The position numbers were made by a program, and so were the translations under genes. DNA of 50,454 bases from Parcubacteria group bacterium (GTDB lineage Bacteria; Patescibacteriota; Minisyncoccia; Phycocordibacterales; DATDWN01). The notes beneath the pieces are model-generated. The model saw only the letters and a list, made by a program, of their open reading frames with translations. It ran no database searches and had not been told where the DNA came from. The DNA lies in assembly GCA_038327915.1 (NCBI GenBank), contig JBBQLO010000002.1:1-50454 (forward strand), read 5' to 3'. The first letter of the stretch is position 1. Each line of letters opens with the position of its first letter. Shown here piece by piece: positions 34,019 to 43,922 of the stretch.

Positions 34019-37000
34019 ATGACACACTTTCCCCAACCAGTATTTTACGACCCAACTAAAAAACGTCAAAGAAGATTCAAACAAGTACTACTTGTTATTG
34101 GTTCTTTGAGCACTATTCTTCTTGTTGTGTTTATTGTAAGTATCATTATTATTCCTGAGTTTAAACCGCTTACTTTGGCAACTATTGTAAAACCAAGACC
34201 TCACCACAAAATCCAACGTGAGTCTTTATTGAGTTTCAGTAAGCGCGAAATTATAAAAGCTAGTGAAGATAAAAGAGTAGCTGAACAAAAAACATATATT
34301 CTCGAACAACAACAGCGTGGTTCAAACAAACCCCCCTTGTCTCCCCTTGTTGTTGGATTTTTAGTTAACTGGGACTATTCTAGTTTTGATTCGCTGAAAA
34401 AAAATTTTAGTAAGATCGACATTATTGTACCTGAATGGATTCACTTGAAAGATGCTTCAGGTAATATCACTCTCGACGACATAGATATTCAAACCGAGGT
34501 AACTACTTATGCTAGAAATCGCTATGCAAATGTACCGATCATTCCTCTTATCAATAATGCCGGGTGGCAAACAAAAGATCTAAGTGCTTTACTCCACCAA
34601 CCCTCCGCCCGCACTCATCTCATATCCGAACTCCTTACATATATTCAAAATAAAAAATACAGCGGAATTAGTATTGATTTTGAGAACATACCAAATGCTG
34701 ATCAAGAAAACTATACAGCACTCATAGAAGAGTTGGGTCATACATTTCACGCGCATTCCCTCAAAGTTTCTATAAATATTCCACCCGACAATACATCTTT
34801 TTTGTTTAGGCGACTTTCCACAGCAGTAGATTATATTACACTTATGATGTATGACGAGCACATTGCAACGGACTCGCCCGGTCCTATTTCTGGAATAGAC
34901 TGGTACGCCGGACTGCTTGCAGAGAGAGCTAAAGATATTCCGTCTGAAAAAATGATTGTAGCAATGGGAAACTACTCAAACGACTGGCCAGACAAAAACA
35001 AAGCTGACCAAAAAACATTTGAAGATGCGCTACTTACAGCTTCCGATTCAGAAGGAGTAATTACCCTCGACCCTTTGTCACTTTCGCCAACATACACATA
35101 TACTGATGAGAGTGAGACAGACCACACCGTATGGATGCAGGATGCAGTGAGCGTATTTAATCAATACCACATCGCAGGAAGATTCGCCCCTGCAGGAGTT
35201 GCTCTGTGGCGTCTCGGAGGGGAGGATACGAGTATTTGGAATTTTCTCGGCAACTCTTTTGACACCACATACACAACACAATCAGTCCAAAATATATTAG
35301 GAAGTGTTTCCTATAATTACAATCTCGACTATGAAAATGATGGTGAAATTTTGAAAGTGACAGCTTTACCACATGGAGGTGAAAGAACCGTAGACTTTAC
35401 TCCTTCTACAGGTTTAGTTAGTGGAGAAAATTTTACAAAATATCCTGCGCCATACGTTATCGGTCAATATGGAACTTCAGCAACTAAAATTGCTCTCACT
35501 TTTGACGATGGCCCCGACAGCACATTTACTCCTTTTATTTTAGATATTCTTAAACAAAAGCATGTCGAGGCAACTTTTTTCCTTGTCGGAGAAAATGTTG
35601 AAAAATACCCCGGTCTGGCAAGCCGTGAATATGTTGAAGGTCACGAACTTGGTAACCACACATTTTCTCATCCTAACATTTCTGCTATTTCACCCACTCA
35701 GCTTCGTCTTGAACTTTCGACCACGGAGAGACTTATTGAAAGTAGTGTGGGTCATCAGACAATACTTTTCCGTGCCCCTTTTGCAGATGACTCAGAGCCA
35801 AATACTCCCGACCAAATGGCTCCAGTTGCAGAGGTAACCAGTAGGGGTTATCTCATGGTAGGAATGCACATTGATCCATCTGACTGGCAAAGTCCGCCCG
35901 CGGATCAAATTGTAGAAAGAGTCCTTGGTCAAATACAAGCTGGAAATGGCAATGTTATTCTCTTACATGATGGCGGAGGAGAGCGCGGTCAGACTGTCAT
36001 TGCCCTTCCAAAAATCATTGACGCACTCCGAACTCGAGGGTACACTTTTGTACTTATATCAGATCTAATTGGCAAATCAAGAGATGATATTATGCCTCTT
36101 GTTCCACGAGTTTCCCGAATTGAAAGTGTCTCAAATTCCGCGGCGTTTAGCATTGCTCGATTTATTGGAATGATAATCCAGACATTTTTCTACCTGGGAC
36201 TTTTCTTAGGAATCGTTCGTTTCTTTGCCATAGGCATACTCGCTACTATTGAGTTTTTCCGTGAAAGAAAAAAAATGTTCGACCCCAATTTTATTCCGAG
36301 TATTGCTGTCATCATTTCCGCATATAATGAGGAAAAAGTAATCAATCAAACCATCTCAACACTTCTCGATTCTACCTACCCAAAATTTGAAATTATAGTT
36401 GTGAATGACGGTTCAAAAGACGACACACTTTCTGTTGTAAAAAGAGAATACGGAAGCAATCCCCGCGTACAAATATACACCCAAGAAAATACAGGAAAGG
36501 CGATAGCTCTTAACTTTGGCATCACAAAAACCAATGCAGATGTTATCATCAGTCTTGACGCAGATACAATTTTTACACCGGACACTCTTTCACTACTTGC
36601 CCGTCATTTTGTAGACCCTCAGATAGGGGCAGTTGCGGGTAATGCAAAAGTCGGCAATCGTAATAACTTACTGACAAAATTTCAAGCACTCGAATATATT
36701 GTCAGTCAGAACCTTGATCGTCGAGCTTTTAGTGTTTTGGATGCCATTACTGTCGTGCCCGGTGCTGTAGGAGCTTGGCGAAGAAAAGCACTTCTCAAAG
36801 CAGGTGGCTTTAGTTTTGACACTCTGGCAGAAGATTCCGACCTGACTATTTGTATTCGCAAACTCGGGTATTCAATCACCTACGAAGACCATGCCATGGG
36901 CATTACCGAGGCACCAGAGACAGTAAAAAATCTCATCAAACAACGCTTTCGCTGGATGTATGGCACCCTTCAAGTGGCATGGAAACATATAAATGTACTT

Positions 37001-37414
37001 TTTAATCCTCGCTATGGGTCCCTTGGCATGATAGCGATGCCAAATATTATTATTTTTCAAGTAATTTTTCCTATCATTTCTCCAATTATGGATTTGACAG
37101 TGGTTATCTCAATATTTATTACTCTTTTTACCTATCGTCAGCATCCTGAAAATTTTTCTTCAGGTTCCCTTCTTCATATTTTATATTTTTATCTTTTGTT
37201 TCTTGTCATCGAAATACTGGCAGCATCTATCGCGTTTCTTTTTGAGAAAAATGAAGATCCAAAACTACTAGTTTGGATCATCATACAACGATTTTATTAC
37301 CGCCAACTCATGTATTATATCGCCTTGAAATCTCTCTTTACCTCCCTGCGTGGAATAGCAGTAGGCTGGAACAAATTCGACCGTACCGCTTCGGTAAAAG
37401 TCGAGAAAAAATAA
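34019..37414 (+). CDS. Tri-domain membrane protein: GH18-like, CE4 polysaccharide deacetylase and processive family-2 glycosyltransferase (PNAG/chitin-synthase-like)
   Basis: N-terminal TM. GH18-like region (~34340-35250) with YSGISIDFE. CE4 region (~35485-36060) with LTFDDGPD, ATFFLVG, ELGNHTFSHP, LFRAPF. TM segments. GT2 region (~36300-36965) with VIISAYNEE, VVNDGSKDDT, LDADT, EDSDLT, QRFRWMYG. C-terminal TM bundle. Confidence 0.9.
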   Translation: MTHFPQPVFYDPTKKRQRRFKQVLLVIGSLSTILLVVFIVSIIIIPEFKPLTLATIVKPRPHHKIQRESLLSFSKREIIKASEDKRVAEQKTYILEQQQRGSNKPPLSPLVVGFLVNWDYSSFDSLKKNFSKIDIIVPEWIHLKDASGNITLDDIDIQTEVTTYARNRYANVPIIPLINNAGWQTKDLSALLHQPSARTHLISELLTYIQNKKYSGISIDFENIPNADQENYTALIEELGHTFHAHSLKVSINIPPDNTSFLFRRLSTAVDYITLMMYDEHIATDSPGPISGIDWYAGLLAERAKDIPSEKMIVAMGNYSNDWPDKNKADQKTFEDALLTASDSEGVITLDPLSLSPTYTYTDESETDHTVWMQDAVSVFNQYHIAGRFAPAGVALWRLGGEDTSIWNFLGNSFDTTYTTQSVQNILGSVSYNYNLDYENDGEILKVTALPHGGERTVDFTPSTGLVSGENFTKYPAPYVIGQYGTSATKIALTFDDGPDSTFTPFILDILKQKHVEATFFLVGENVEKYPGLASREYVEGHELGNHTFSHPNISAISPTQLRLELSTTERLIESSVGHQTILFRAPFADDSEPNTPDQMAPVAEVTSRGYLMVGMHIDPSDWQSPPADQIVERVLGQIQAGNGNVILLHDGGGERGQTVIALPKIIDALRTRGYTFVLISDLIGKSRDDIMPLVPRVSRIESVSNSAAFSIARFIGMIIQTFFYLGLFLGIVRFFAIGILATIEFFRERKKMFDPNFIPSIAVIISAYNEEKVINQTISTLLDSTYPKFEIIVVNDGSKDDTLSVVKREYGSNPRVQIYTQENTGKAIALNFGITKTNADVIISLDADTIFTPDTLSLLARHFVDPQIGAVAGNAKVGNRNNLLTKFQALEYIVSQNLDRRAFSVLDAITVVPGAVGAWRRKALLKAGGFSFDTLAEDSDLTICIRKLGYSITYEDHAMGITEAPETVKNLIKQRFRWMYGTLQVAWKHINVLFNPRYGSLGMIAMPNIIIFQVIFPIISPIMDLTVVISIFITLFTYRQHPENFSSGSLLHILYFYLLFLVIEILAASIAFLFEKNEDPKLLVWIIIQRFYYRQLMYYIALKSLFTSLRGIAVGWNKFDRTASVKVEKK

Positions 37415-37426
37415 TAACTCCGTACT

Positions 37427-37654
37427 CTATTGTTTGAGAACCTTTAACTCTGCCTCGTATTTTTTACTAACCTGTGCAACGGCAGACATTTGGTCTACGC
37501 CTTTTTTCATCTCAGCCTGAACTTCAGTTGCGATTTTCTGAAACAAGTCGGGATTTTTTTCTATCATTTCAAACAGTTTATCTTGATCACCCTGGGGCAC
37601 TCCCTTAAGCTGGCTTGCGAGCATCTTCTTCATAAGAAATGTTTTCATTGACAT
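37427..37654 (-). CDS. Small helical hypothetical protein
   Basis: 75-aa ORF, charged and helical, with no recognisable motif. Convergent with the large synthase gene. Confidence 0.45.
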   Translation of the reverse strand: MSMKTFLMKKMLASQLKGVPQGDQDKLFEMIEKNPDLFQKIATEVQAEMKKGVDQMSAVAQVSKKYEAELKVLKQ

Positions 37655-37783
37655 AGTTTTTTTTATTTTTATATTATAGATACTACTATCATAATTCAGT
37701 TGGCAATTGTAACATACATGTCATTCTATATGCTACACTGTAATTGTATTGTATCATTATCGCGTAAGAACAAATCTCCTATC

Positions 37784-38656
37784 ATGAAATGGAAATCTAT
37801 TATACTTTTGTTTACCCTCGTCTTCATATCTGCAGGAAGTCTTATTAGTGTTGTCATCTACTATCACTTTGATTGGAAAGTTCTTGCTGACGCATCATTC
37901 TATGAAAATCTTGCGAATCCCTCAATTCGAATAGTTCGTATTCAGGAAGGACTACGCAAAGAGCAAATCGCCGACATTATCGGAAGTAAACTAGGTTGGG
38001 GTCAGAACCAAAAAGACGAATTCTCACACGCACCTTTAGCACTCGGCACCTTACGAACACGGTCAGAAGTTGAGCCAAACTCTCCCAAAAATATTCAAGA
38101 AGACTTACGAAACAATATGGAAGGTTACTACTTTCCAAAAAGCTACATGCTTTATCGGTACGATGACCCACTTACTGTGTCACGGATTATGCTCACAGAA
38201 TTTGCTCACGAAACAAGCAATATAAAAAAACCAATAATCATCAAAGACATAAAACCAGTAGATGTGGCAACCGCACTCAAAGTAGCATCTATAATTCAGA
38301 GAGAAGCTGGAGAGAAAAGTGACATGAATCTCATCTCAGGTATCATATGGAATCGCATAAAAAAAGGAATGAAGCTTCAAATCGACGCAACCCTCCAGTA
38401 TGCAAAAGGCAGTAGTGAAGATGGTTGGTGGCCACAAGTGGAACCAAAAGACAAACACATTGAATCTCCCTTTAATACCTATATGTACAAAGATCTGCCT
38501 CCGTTCCCTATTGCAAATCCAGGACTCGCTGCAATAACCGCAGCATACAATCCAGTCAAAACTTCTTGTTTATTCTATTTACATGACAGAAATCGTCAAA
38601 TACACTGTGCACGGACTTACGCGGAACACGTGAAAAATATTCAAAGGTATTACTAA
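37784..38656 (+). CDS. mltG: Endolytic murein transglycosylase MltG (YceG-like), paralog 2
   Basis: Start moved to MKWKSIILLFTLVFISAG (TM). ASIIQREAG, LQIDATLQYA, SPFNTYMYKDLPPFPIANPG. Confidence 0.85.
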   Translation: MKWKSIILLFTLVFISAGSLISVVIYYHFDWKVLADASFYENLANPSIRIVRIQEGLRKEQIADIIGSKLGWGQNQKDEFSHAPLALGTLRTRSEVEPNSPKNIQEDLRNNMEGYYFPKSYMLYRYDDPLTVSRIMLTEFAHETSNIKKPIIIKDIKPVDVATALKVASIIQREAGEKSDMNLISGIIWNRIKKGMKLQIDATLQYAKGSSEDGWWPQVEPKDKHIESPFNTYMYKDLPPFPIANPGLAAITAAYNPVKTSCLFYLHDRNRQIHCARTYAEHVKNIQRYY

Positions 38657-39966
38657 ACCTCAAATTTATTTTTTTGATTTATTTCTATCAAATCTTTTGC
38701 ATTACTTCCGCTTGGATACAAAAATGGTTTGCTATATGATGAGGCACAAACAATTGGCGTAATGAATTTCCACTGGGCAAAAACTTCAGAAGTGGAAGTA
38801 AATACAGTTTGATCTCCGGCAATACAGTCTTCAAGTATTTTTTGATAGGCGGGTAAGCTTTGGGTTGAAGAAATAGTGAAAGTACGGATATCATCTTTAA
38901 AATGCACTACTATTTCGGTGCAGTTAGTGTGTAGTGCTTTACCGGACGTCAAGACAAACGGAATGCCAGAAAAATTCGTAGTATCAAGATGTGTAGTCAA
39001 AGAAAAAAAAGTCTCTGTTGTAGACTGAGGGGAAACTCCCAATTCCGCGAGATAACCCTCATACTGACCTCGAAGCATGCTTTCAATATCTTGCCTCGAT
39101 AAAGGACATAAATGTTCGAGGACAATTGCACGAGCTTGCTGAATACTGCCCGCGGTAAGACTCCTAGGAATTTCCATTGCTACGATAGCGAGCATTTGGA
39201 GCATGTGGTTTTGTCCCACGTCTCGTAACGCTCCGATATTGTCATAAAAATTACCTCTTTTACCAACAACTGATTTTTCAAATAAATTAATTTCAACTTT
39301 CGTAATGTGTTTGTTATTCCACCGCGCAGTAAGGGCGGGTTCAGTGCGTCTTTTTTTAAGCATGTCATTCAAAGCATCTTTTGCCAGATAATGATCAATC
39401 CGAAAAATCTGTTCTTCTTCAAAAAGTTCACTCAAAAGGTGGTCCAGTTTTCGAGCAGTCTCTAAGTCACTTCCAAATGGTTTTTCAACCAAAATACGCG
39501 CAAATCCATTCTCTCCTCCACACGGAATAGAAAGTCCCGATAAGGAAAGTTGTATGGCAATATTTTCATATAATGTCGGCGGAACAGACAAATAGAATAG
39601 TTTGTTACTACAGTCATTATGATAAATGTGGTCTAGCTCTGCCAAATGTAGAGCGAGTTTTTTGTATGACTGAGGATTGTCAAAGTCTCCCTGAACGTAT
39701 GTGATGGTAGAAAGAAATTTATCGACACCGCGAGAAGAAGTACCGTCTGAGAAAAAGGGTTCGCTTGGCAAAATAGGTAGAAGTGAACGAACAAATTCAC
39801 TGATCTCTACCTGACTAAAAGCACGACGGGAAAAACCGACAATCTGAGTTTTCTCAGATAATCTTCCTTTTACATACAAATCACACAACGCCGGTAAAAT
39901 TTTCTTTTGCGCTAAATCCCCTGTTATGCCAAAAATAATTATGGTTGTTCCTACAATCTGCATCAC
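38653..39966 (-). CDS. zwf: Glucose-6-phosphate 1-dehydrogenase
   Basis: IFGITGDLAQKKILPAL (NADP site), EKPFGSDLETA, RIDHYLAKD (active-site motif). Confidence 0.9.
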   Translation of the reverse strand: MMQIVGTTIIIFGITGDLAQKKILPALCDLYVKGRLSEKTQIVGFSRRAFSQVEISEFVRSLLPILPSEPFFSDGTSSRGVDKFLSTITYVQGDFDNPQSYKKLALHLAELDHIYHNDCSNKLFYLSVPPTLYENIAIQLSLSGLSIPCGGENGFARILVEKPFGSDLETARKLDHLLSELFEEEQIFRIDHYLAKDALNDMLKKRRTEPALTARWNNKHITKVEINLFEKSVVGKRGNFYDNIGALRDVGQNHMLQMLAIVAMEIPRSLTAGSIQQARAIVLEHLCPLSRQDIESMLRGQYEGYLAELGVSPQSTTETFFSLTTHLDTTNFSGIPFVLTSGKALHTNCTEIVVHFKDDIRTFTISSTQSLPAYQKILEDCIAGDQTVFTSTSEVFAQWKFITPIVCASSYSKPFLYPSGSNAKDLIEINQKNKFEV

Positions 39967-40027
39967 TCTAGTTTAACACATACTACATCAAGAGTTTTCC
40001 TATTACTGATATGGTAATATTGTCTTC

Positions 40028-41614
40028 ATGAAATCATCTGCATTTTGGGTTGTATGTACTATACTTGCTTTATACCTCAGTCTCTTTGCCCTACAAAAAA
40101 TAAATCTTGCCACAGCAGACCTTGGGAGACATATTATAAACGGTGAAATACTTCTGAACGGCAGTACCGCTCCAGCCTCGGAACCCATTTCTAAAAACGC
40201 TCTGCTTCATACAAATCTTTTTTCTTATACATACCCAGACTTCCCTTTTATAAACCACCACTGGGGTAGTGGTGTCGTAGCATACGTAATATTCAAAATG
40301 TCTGGTTTCTCTGGCCTTTCTTTCGCATATCTTTTCTGTCTTATTGGATCCCTTTTCTTTTTTCTGCGCACAATTCGTGAGGAGGCAGGATTGACTGCTA
40401 TTTTTCTCACTGGAATTTTTTTAATACCACTCATTGCTGATCGCACTGAAGTAAGACCCGAAGGTATAAGCTATTTATTCCTATCTATTTTTATTTTTAT
40501 ACTTTATACCAATTCAAAAAATAGATTATCCAAAGGCTGGCTTTGGCTTTTACCTATTCTAGAAATAATGTGGGTAAACCTTCATATATATTTTATCTTT
40601 GGTCCTCTCATCATTGGTGCTTTTTTATGTGAATCACTTATACAAAAAAAACTTGTAAATGCAAAAAAACTTTTTCTTATTACTGTTACTACCATTCTTG
40701 CCACTTTAGTAAATCCTTTCGGTCTAAATCTGACACTGTACCCATTCAATATTTTTCATAATTATGGGTACAAAATAGTAGAAAACCAGTCAATTCATTT
40801 TCTAGAAAACATTGGTTTTTCTAATCCGAGTTTCTTATGGTTTAAAATAAGTCTCCTGTGTATTATGCTTTCTTCTGTCATTATTTTGCTAAGAAAAAAA
40901 GAAAAATTTGCTATTGCCCTCACACTTATTTCTCTTTCATTCGCAGGACTGGCTTATTTTAGTATTCGCACGATGACCGCTTTTGCCCTCGTTTCTCTAC
41001 CTCTCTTAGCATACAACATAACCCTTGGGTGGGAATGGCTCGCTTTTTACATCGAAAAGGAAGCGTTAGTTATTTTATCTTATTGTATAGGTATATTTCT
41101 TCTTTTTTCAACAGGGGTACACTTTTCCAATCGCTTGCCATGGAATAGCAACTTTGGTCCCGGTCTCATTCCTCACATTCTCGACTCAGCTTATTTTGTA
41201 AAAAAAACCAACATTCATGGACCTATATTTAATAACTATGATATTGGTAGTTTTCTTATTTTTAACTTTTTTTCTACCACCACTAATTCAGAAAAGAAAC
41301 GAGAAAAAGTATTTGTTGATAATCGTCCAGAAGCATATCCGAATGCATTTTTTACCGATATTTATATTCCCATGCAAGAAAATATCACAGTCTGGCAAAA
41401 AGTATCCGCAAAAGAAAATTTTAATATGATTTATTTTTATCGTCTCGATATAACACCATGGGCACAAACATTTCTTCTTGCTCGAATTACAGACCCTGAC
41501 TGGGCACCAGTATACGTCGATGACTTTACTATTATTTTCCTTAGAAGAAACGATACTAATAAAAACGTAATTCAAACATATGAACTACCTAAAAGTATGT
41601 TTAATCAAAAATAA
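40028..41614 (+). CDS. Polytopic membrane protein, possibly a GT-C-fold glycosyltransferase
   Basis: 528 aa, at least 10 TM helices plus a C-terminal soluble domain. The function is inferred only from the GT2 gene 3 nt downstream. Confidence 0.5.
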   Translation: MKSSAFWVVCTILALYLSLFALQKINLATADLGRHIINGEILLNGSTAPASEPISKNALLHTNLFSYTYPDFPFINHHWGSGVVAYVIFKMSGFSGLSFAYLFCLIGSLFFFLRTIREEAGLTAIFLTGIFLIPLIADRTEVRPEGISYLFLSIFIFILYTNSKNRLSKGWLWLLPILEIMWVNLHIYFIFGPLIIGAFLCESLIQKKLVNAKKLFLITVTTILATLVNPFGLNLTLYPFNIFHNYGYKIVENQSIHFLENIGFSNPSFLWFKISLLCIMLSSVIILLRKKEKFAIALTLISLSFAGLAYFSIRTMTAFALVSLPLLAYNITLGWEWLAFYIEKEALVILSYCIGIFLLFSTGVHFSNRLPWNSNFGPGLIPHILDSAYFVKKTNIHGPIFNNYDIGSFLIFNFFSTTTNSEKKREKVFVDNRPEAYPNAFFTDIYIPMQENITVWQKVSAKENFNMIYFYRLDITPWAQTFLLARITDPDWAPVYVDDFTIIFLRRNDTNKNVIQTYELPKSMFNQK

Positions 41615-41617
41615 AAA

Positions 41618-42331
41618 ATGAAACTGTCAATTATTATTCCTGCATATAATGAGTCTCGAACCATCCTCGAAACCATAACCCGCTGTCAAAACGTCTCTCT
41701 ATCATCATTAGTTGCTGTATGGGAGAGAGAAATCATTATTGTTGACGATGGCTCAACTGATGCCACAAAATACCTCCTGCAAAGTCTCCCTCCTTCAATT
41801 AAAATTATCACTCATGATAAAAATTATGGCAAAGGTAAGGCTATACAAACTGGAATCGCTTATGCCACAGGTGACTGGAGCATAATTCAAGATGCAGATT
41901 TAGAATATAATCCGAACCAATTTGAGAAACTTTTAGAAAAAATATCGACAAACACACAAAATTTTAAACCTGTTGAAATGTATGTTGTCTACGGGGCACG
42001 TGCTTATACAAAAGGTTACATTATATATCGCATTGGTGCTTTTGTTCTAACCTCGTTTTTAAACATACTGTATCAAAGCAATATACGCGACAGCTATACT
42101 TGTTATAAACTTATTCCGACTTCGCTTTTTCAGTCACTTCACCTTACATCTCTCGGATTTGAAATCGAAGCTGAAATCACGGCTAAACTACTACGACAAA
42201 GAATTTACATTTTCGAAGTACCTATTGAGTATTATCCTCGGAAATTTTTAGACGGTAAAAAAATACGCGGTCGAGACGCATGGAAAGGGCTGTGGACGAT
42301 ATGGTGTGAATGGTACAAGAACTTGTGCTAA
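41618..42331 (+). CDS. Family-2 glycosyltransferase (polyprenyl-phosphate sugar synthase, DPM1/GtrB/ArnC-like)
   Basis: LSIIIPAYNE, IIVDDGSTD, IQDADLEY, and a short soluble size of 237 aa. Confidence 0.88.
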   Translation: MKLSIIIPAYNESRTILETITRCQNVSLSSLVAVWEREIIIVDDGSTDATKYLLQSLPPSIKIITHDKNYGKGKAIQTGIAYATGDWSIIQDADLEYNPNQFEKLLEKISTNTQNFKPVEMYVVYGARAYTKGYIIYRIGAFVLTSFLNILYQSNIRDSYTCYKLIPTSLFQSLHLTSLGFEIEAEITAKLLRQRIYIFEVPIEYYPRKFLDGKKIRGRDAWKGLWTIWCEWYKNLC

Positions 42332-42340
42332 TATATACAC

Positions 42341-43171
42341 ATGAAATCTGGCGCACAATCCGGAAAACATAGTGGGCGAACTATTTCAAAACACTATTTT
42401 CGTTTGCAGTCATTGCACGAACGCCTCTATTCAATTCTAATTGGACCCCTTGTAATTGTACTTGGTCTATTTTTTTTATTTAAGTTTTTGGGCACGGGGG
42501 ATCTCATGATTCACAGCATCTCTCCTTTTAAAATTCTGTGGGCAACAGGAGCAACTCTTGGAAGGCTCTTTACTGCGTATTTTCTTTCACTCATCTGTGC
42601 CATTCCTCTCGCCCTGCTTGCTACCTACAACTCATGGACAGAAAAAATACTCTTGCCAACATTTGATATTATCGAATCAGTTCCTGCTCTCGCATTTTTC
42701 CCTGTCGTTATTCTTTTTTTTATCAATGTTCATTTTATAAATGGCGCTGCGATATTTATACTTTTTCTGTCTATGATCTGGAATATCGTATTCACTGTGG
42801 TTGGAGGTCTACAAATAATTCCAAAAGATATAGGCTATGCCGCTAAAGTCTTTCACATTACAGGATTTAGATATATACGCCAGATTATCCTACCATCCAT
42901 TTTTCCTGAGATTGTTACCGGTTCTATTCTCGCTTTGGCCCAAGGTTGGAATCTTATTATTGTGGCCGAGGTCATCCACACCTATATACCTGGGGCAACC
43001 TCTCAAAACGACCTTTTTGGACTTGGATCCATTCTCGTCAATGCATCTGCCATAGGTCAAACACATATTTTTGTAGCATGCATTAGTGTTATGATTTTCG
43101 TTATTGCACTGCTCAACTTTTTCGTCTGGCAAAGGCTTATCCATTATGCCCAGAGATTTAAATTCGAGTAA
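42341..43171 (+). CDS. ABC transporter permease (BPD_transp_1, NitT/TauT-like)
   Basis: Six TM segments. An EAA-like loop is present (YAAKVFHITGFRYIRQIILPSIFPEI). Confidence 0.8.
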   Translation: MKSGAQSGKHSGRTISKHYFRLQSLHERLYSILIGPLVIVLGLFFLFKFLGTGDLMIHSISPFKILWATGATLGRLFTAYFLSLICAIPLALLATYNSWTEKILLPTFDIIESVPALAFFPVVILFFINVHFINGAAIFILFLSMIWNIVFTVVGGLQIIPKDIGYAAKVFHITGFRYIRQIILPSIFPEIVTGSILALAQGWNLIIVAEVIHTYIPGATSQNDLFGLGSILVNASAIGQTHIFVACISVMIFVIALLNFFVWQRLIHYAQRFKFE

Positions 43172-43190
43172 GTTTCAAAAATATAAAAAC

Positions 43191-43907
43191 ATGATTATAG
43201 AATTTAAAGATGTTACCAAGACATTTCAACTTGAAGAAAAGGCCCGTTTCGACGTGGCACTCCAACATGTCAGTTTTGAAATAGAACAAGGAGAATTTGT
43301 GTGCATAATCGGACCTTCTGGTGAAGGAAAATCTACTATACTAAAACTTATTTCAGGACTAATTTTGCCGACTGAAGGTACTATTACTAAGCCCGCTACA
43401 GTTTCAATGGCATTTCAAAGCGGCGCTTTATTTCCATGGTTATCTATTTTTGACAATGTCGCATTGGGACTTCGTGCCACTCACACTCCTCAACACATTA
43501 TTCAAGAAGAAAGTATGAAGTATATCGATATGATGCGTCTAGGTGAATTCATAGATAAAAGGCCGTCTGATCTCTCTGGTGGGCAAAGACAGCGGGTCGG
43601 TATTGCTCGAGCACTTGCTGTAAACCCGCATGTATTGCTTCTCGATGAACCTTTTTCAGCACTTGATCCAAAAACTACTGCAGAACTCCATGATGATGTT
43701 TTGAAAATCTGGCGAGATACAGGAAAAACTATTGTCATGGTGTCCCACCTCATTGAAGAAGCAGTGTCACTTGCACAAAGAATCATTCTCATAAAAGAGT
43801 ACACTGTCGCGGACACATTCCCTGTTGCTCTCCCCTACCCGCGTCGCGAACAAGCAACGGAATTCATGCACGAAGTAACAAAAATTCGAAAAGAATTTTT
43901 TAAATAA
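43191..43907 (+). CDS. ABC transporter ATP-binding protein (NitT/TauT-like)
   Basis: Start moved to MIIEFKD, after the permease stop. GPSGEGKST (Walker A), LSGGQRQRVGIARAL, LLLDEPFSALD. Confidence 0.9.
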   Translation: MIIEFKDVTKTFQLEEKARFDVALQHVSFEIEQGEFVCIIGPSGEGKSTILKLISGLILPTEGTITKPATVSMAFQSGALFPWLSIFDNVALGLRATHTPQHIIQEESMKYIDMMRLGEFIDKRPSDLSGGQRQRVGIARALAVNPHVLLLDEPFSALDPKTTAELHDDVLKIWRDTGKTIVMVSHLIEEAVSLAQRIILIKEYTVADTFPVALPYPRREQATEFMHEVTKIRKEFFK

Positions 43908-43922
43908 GATGTCAATAGTTTT

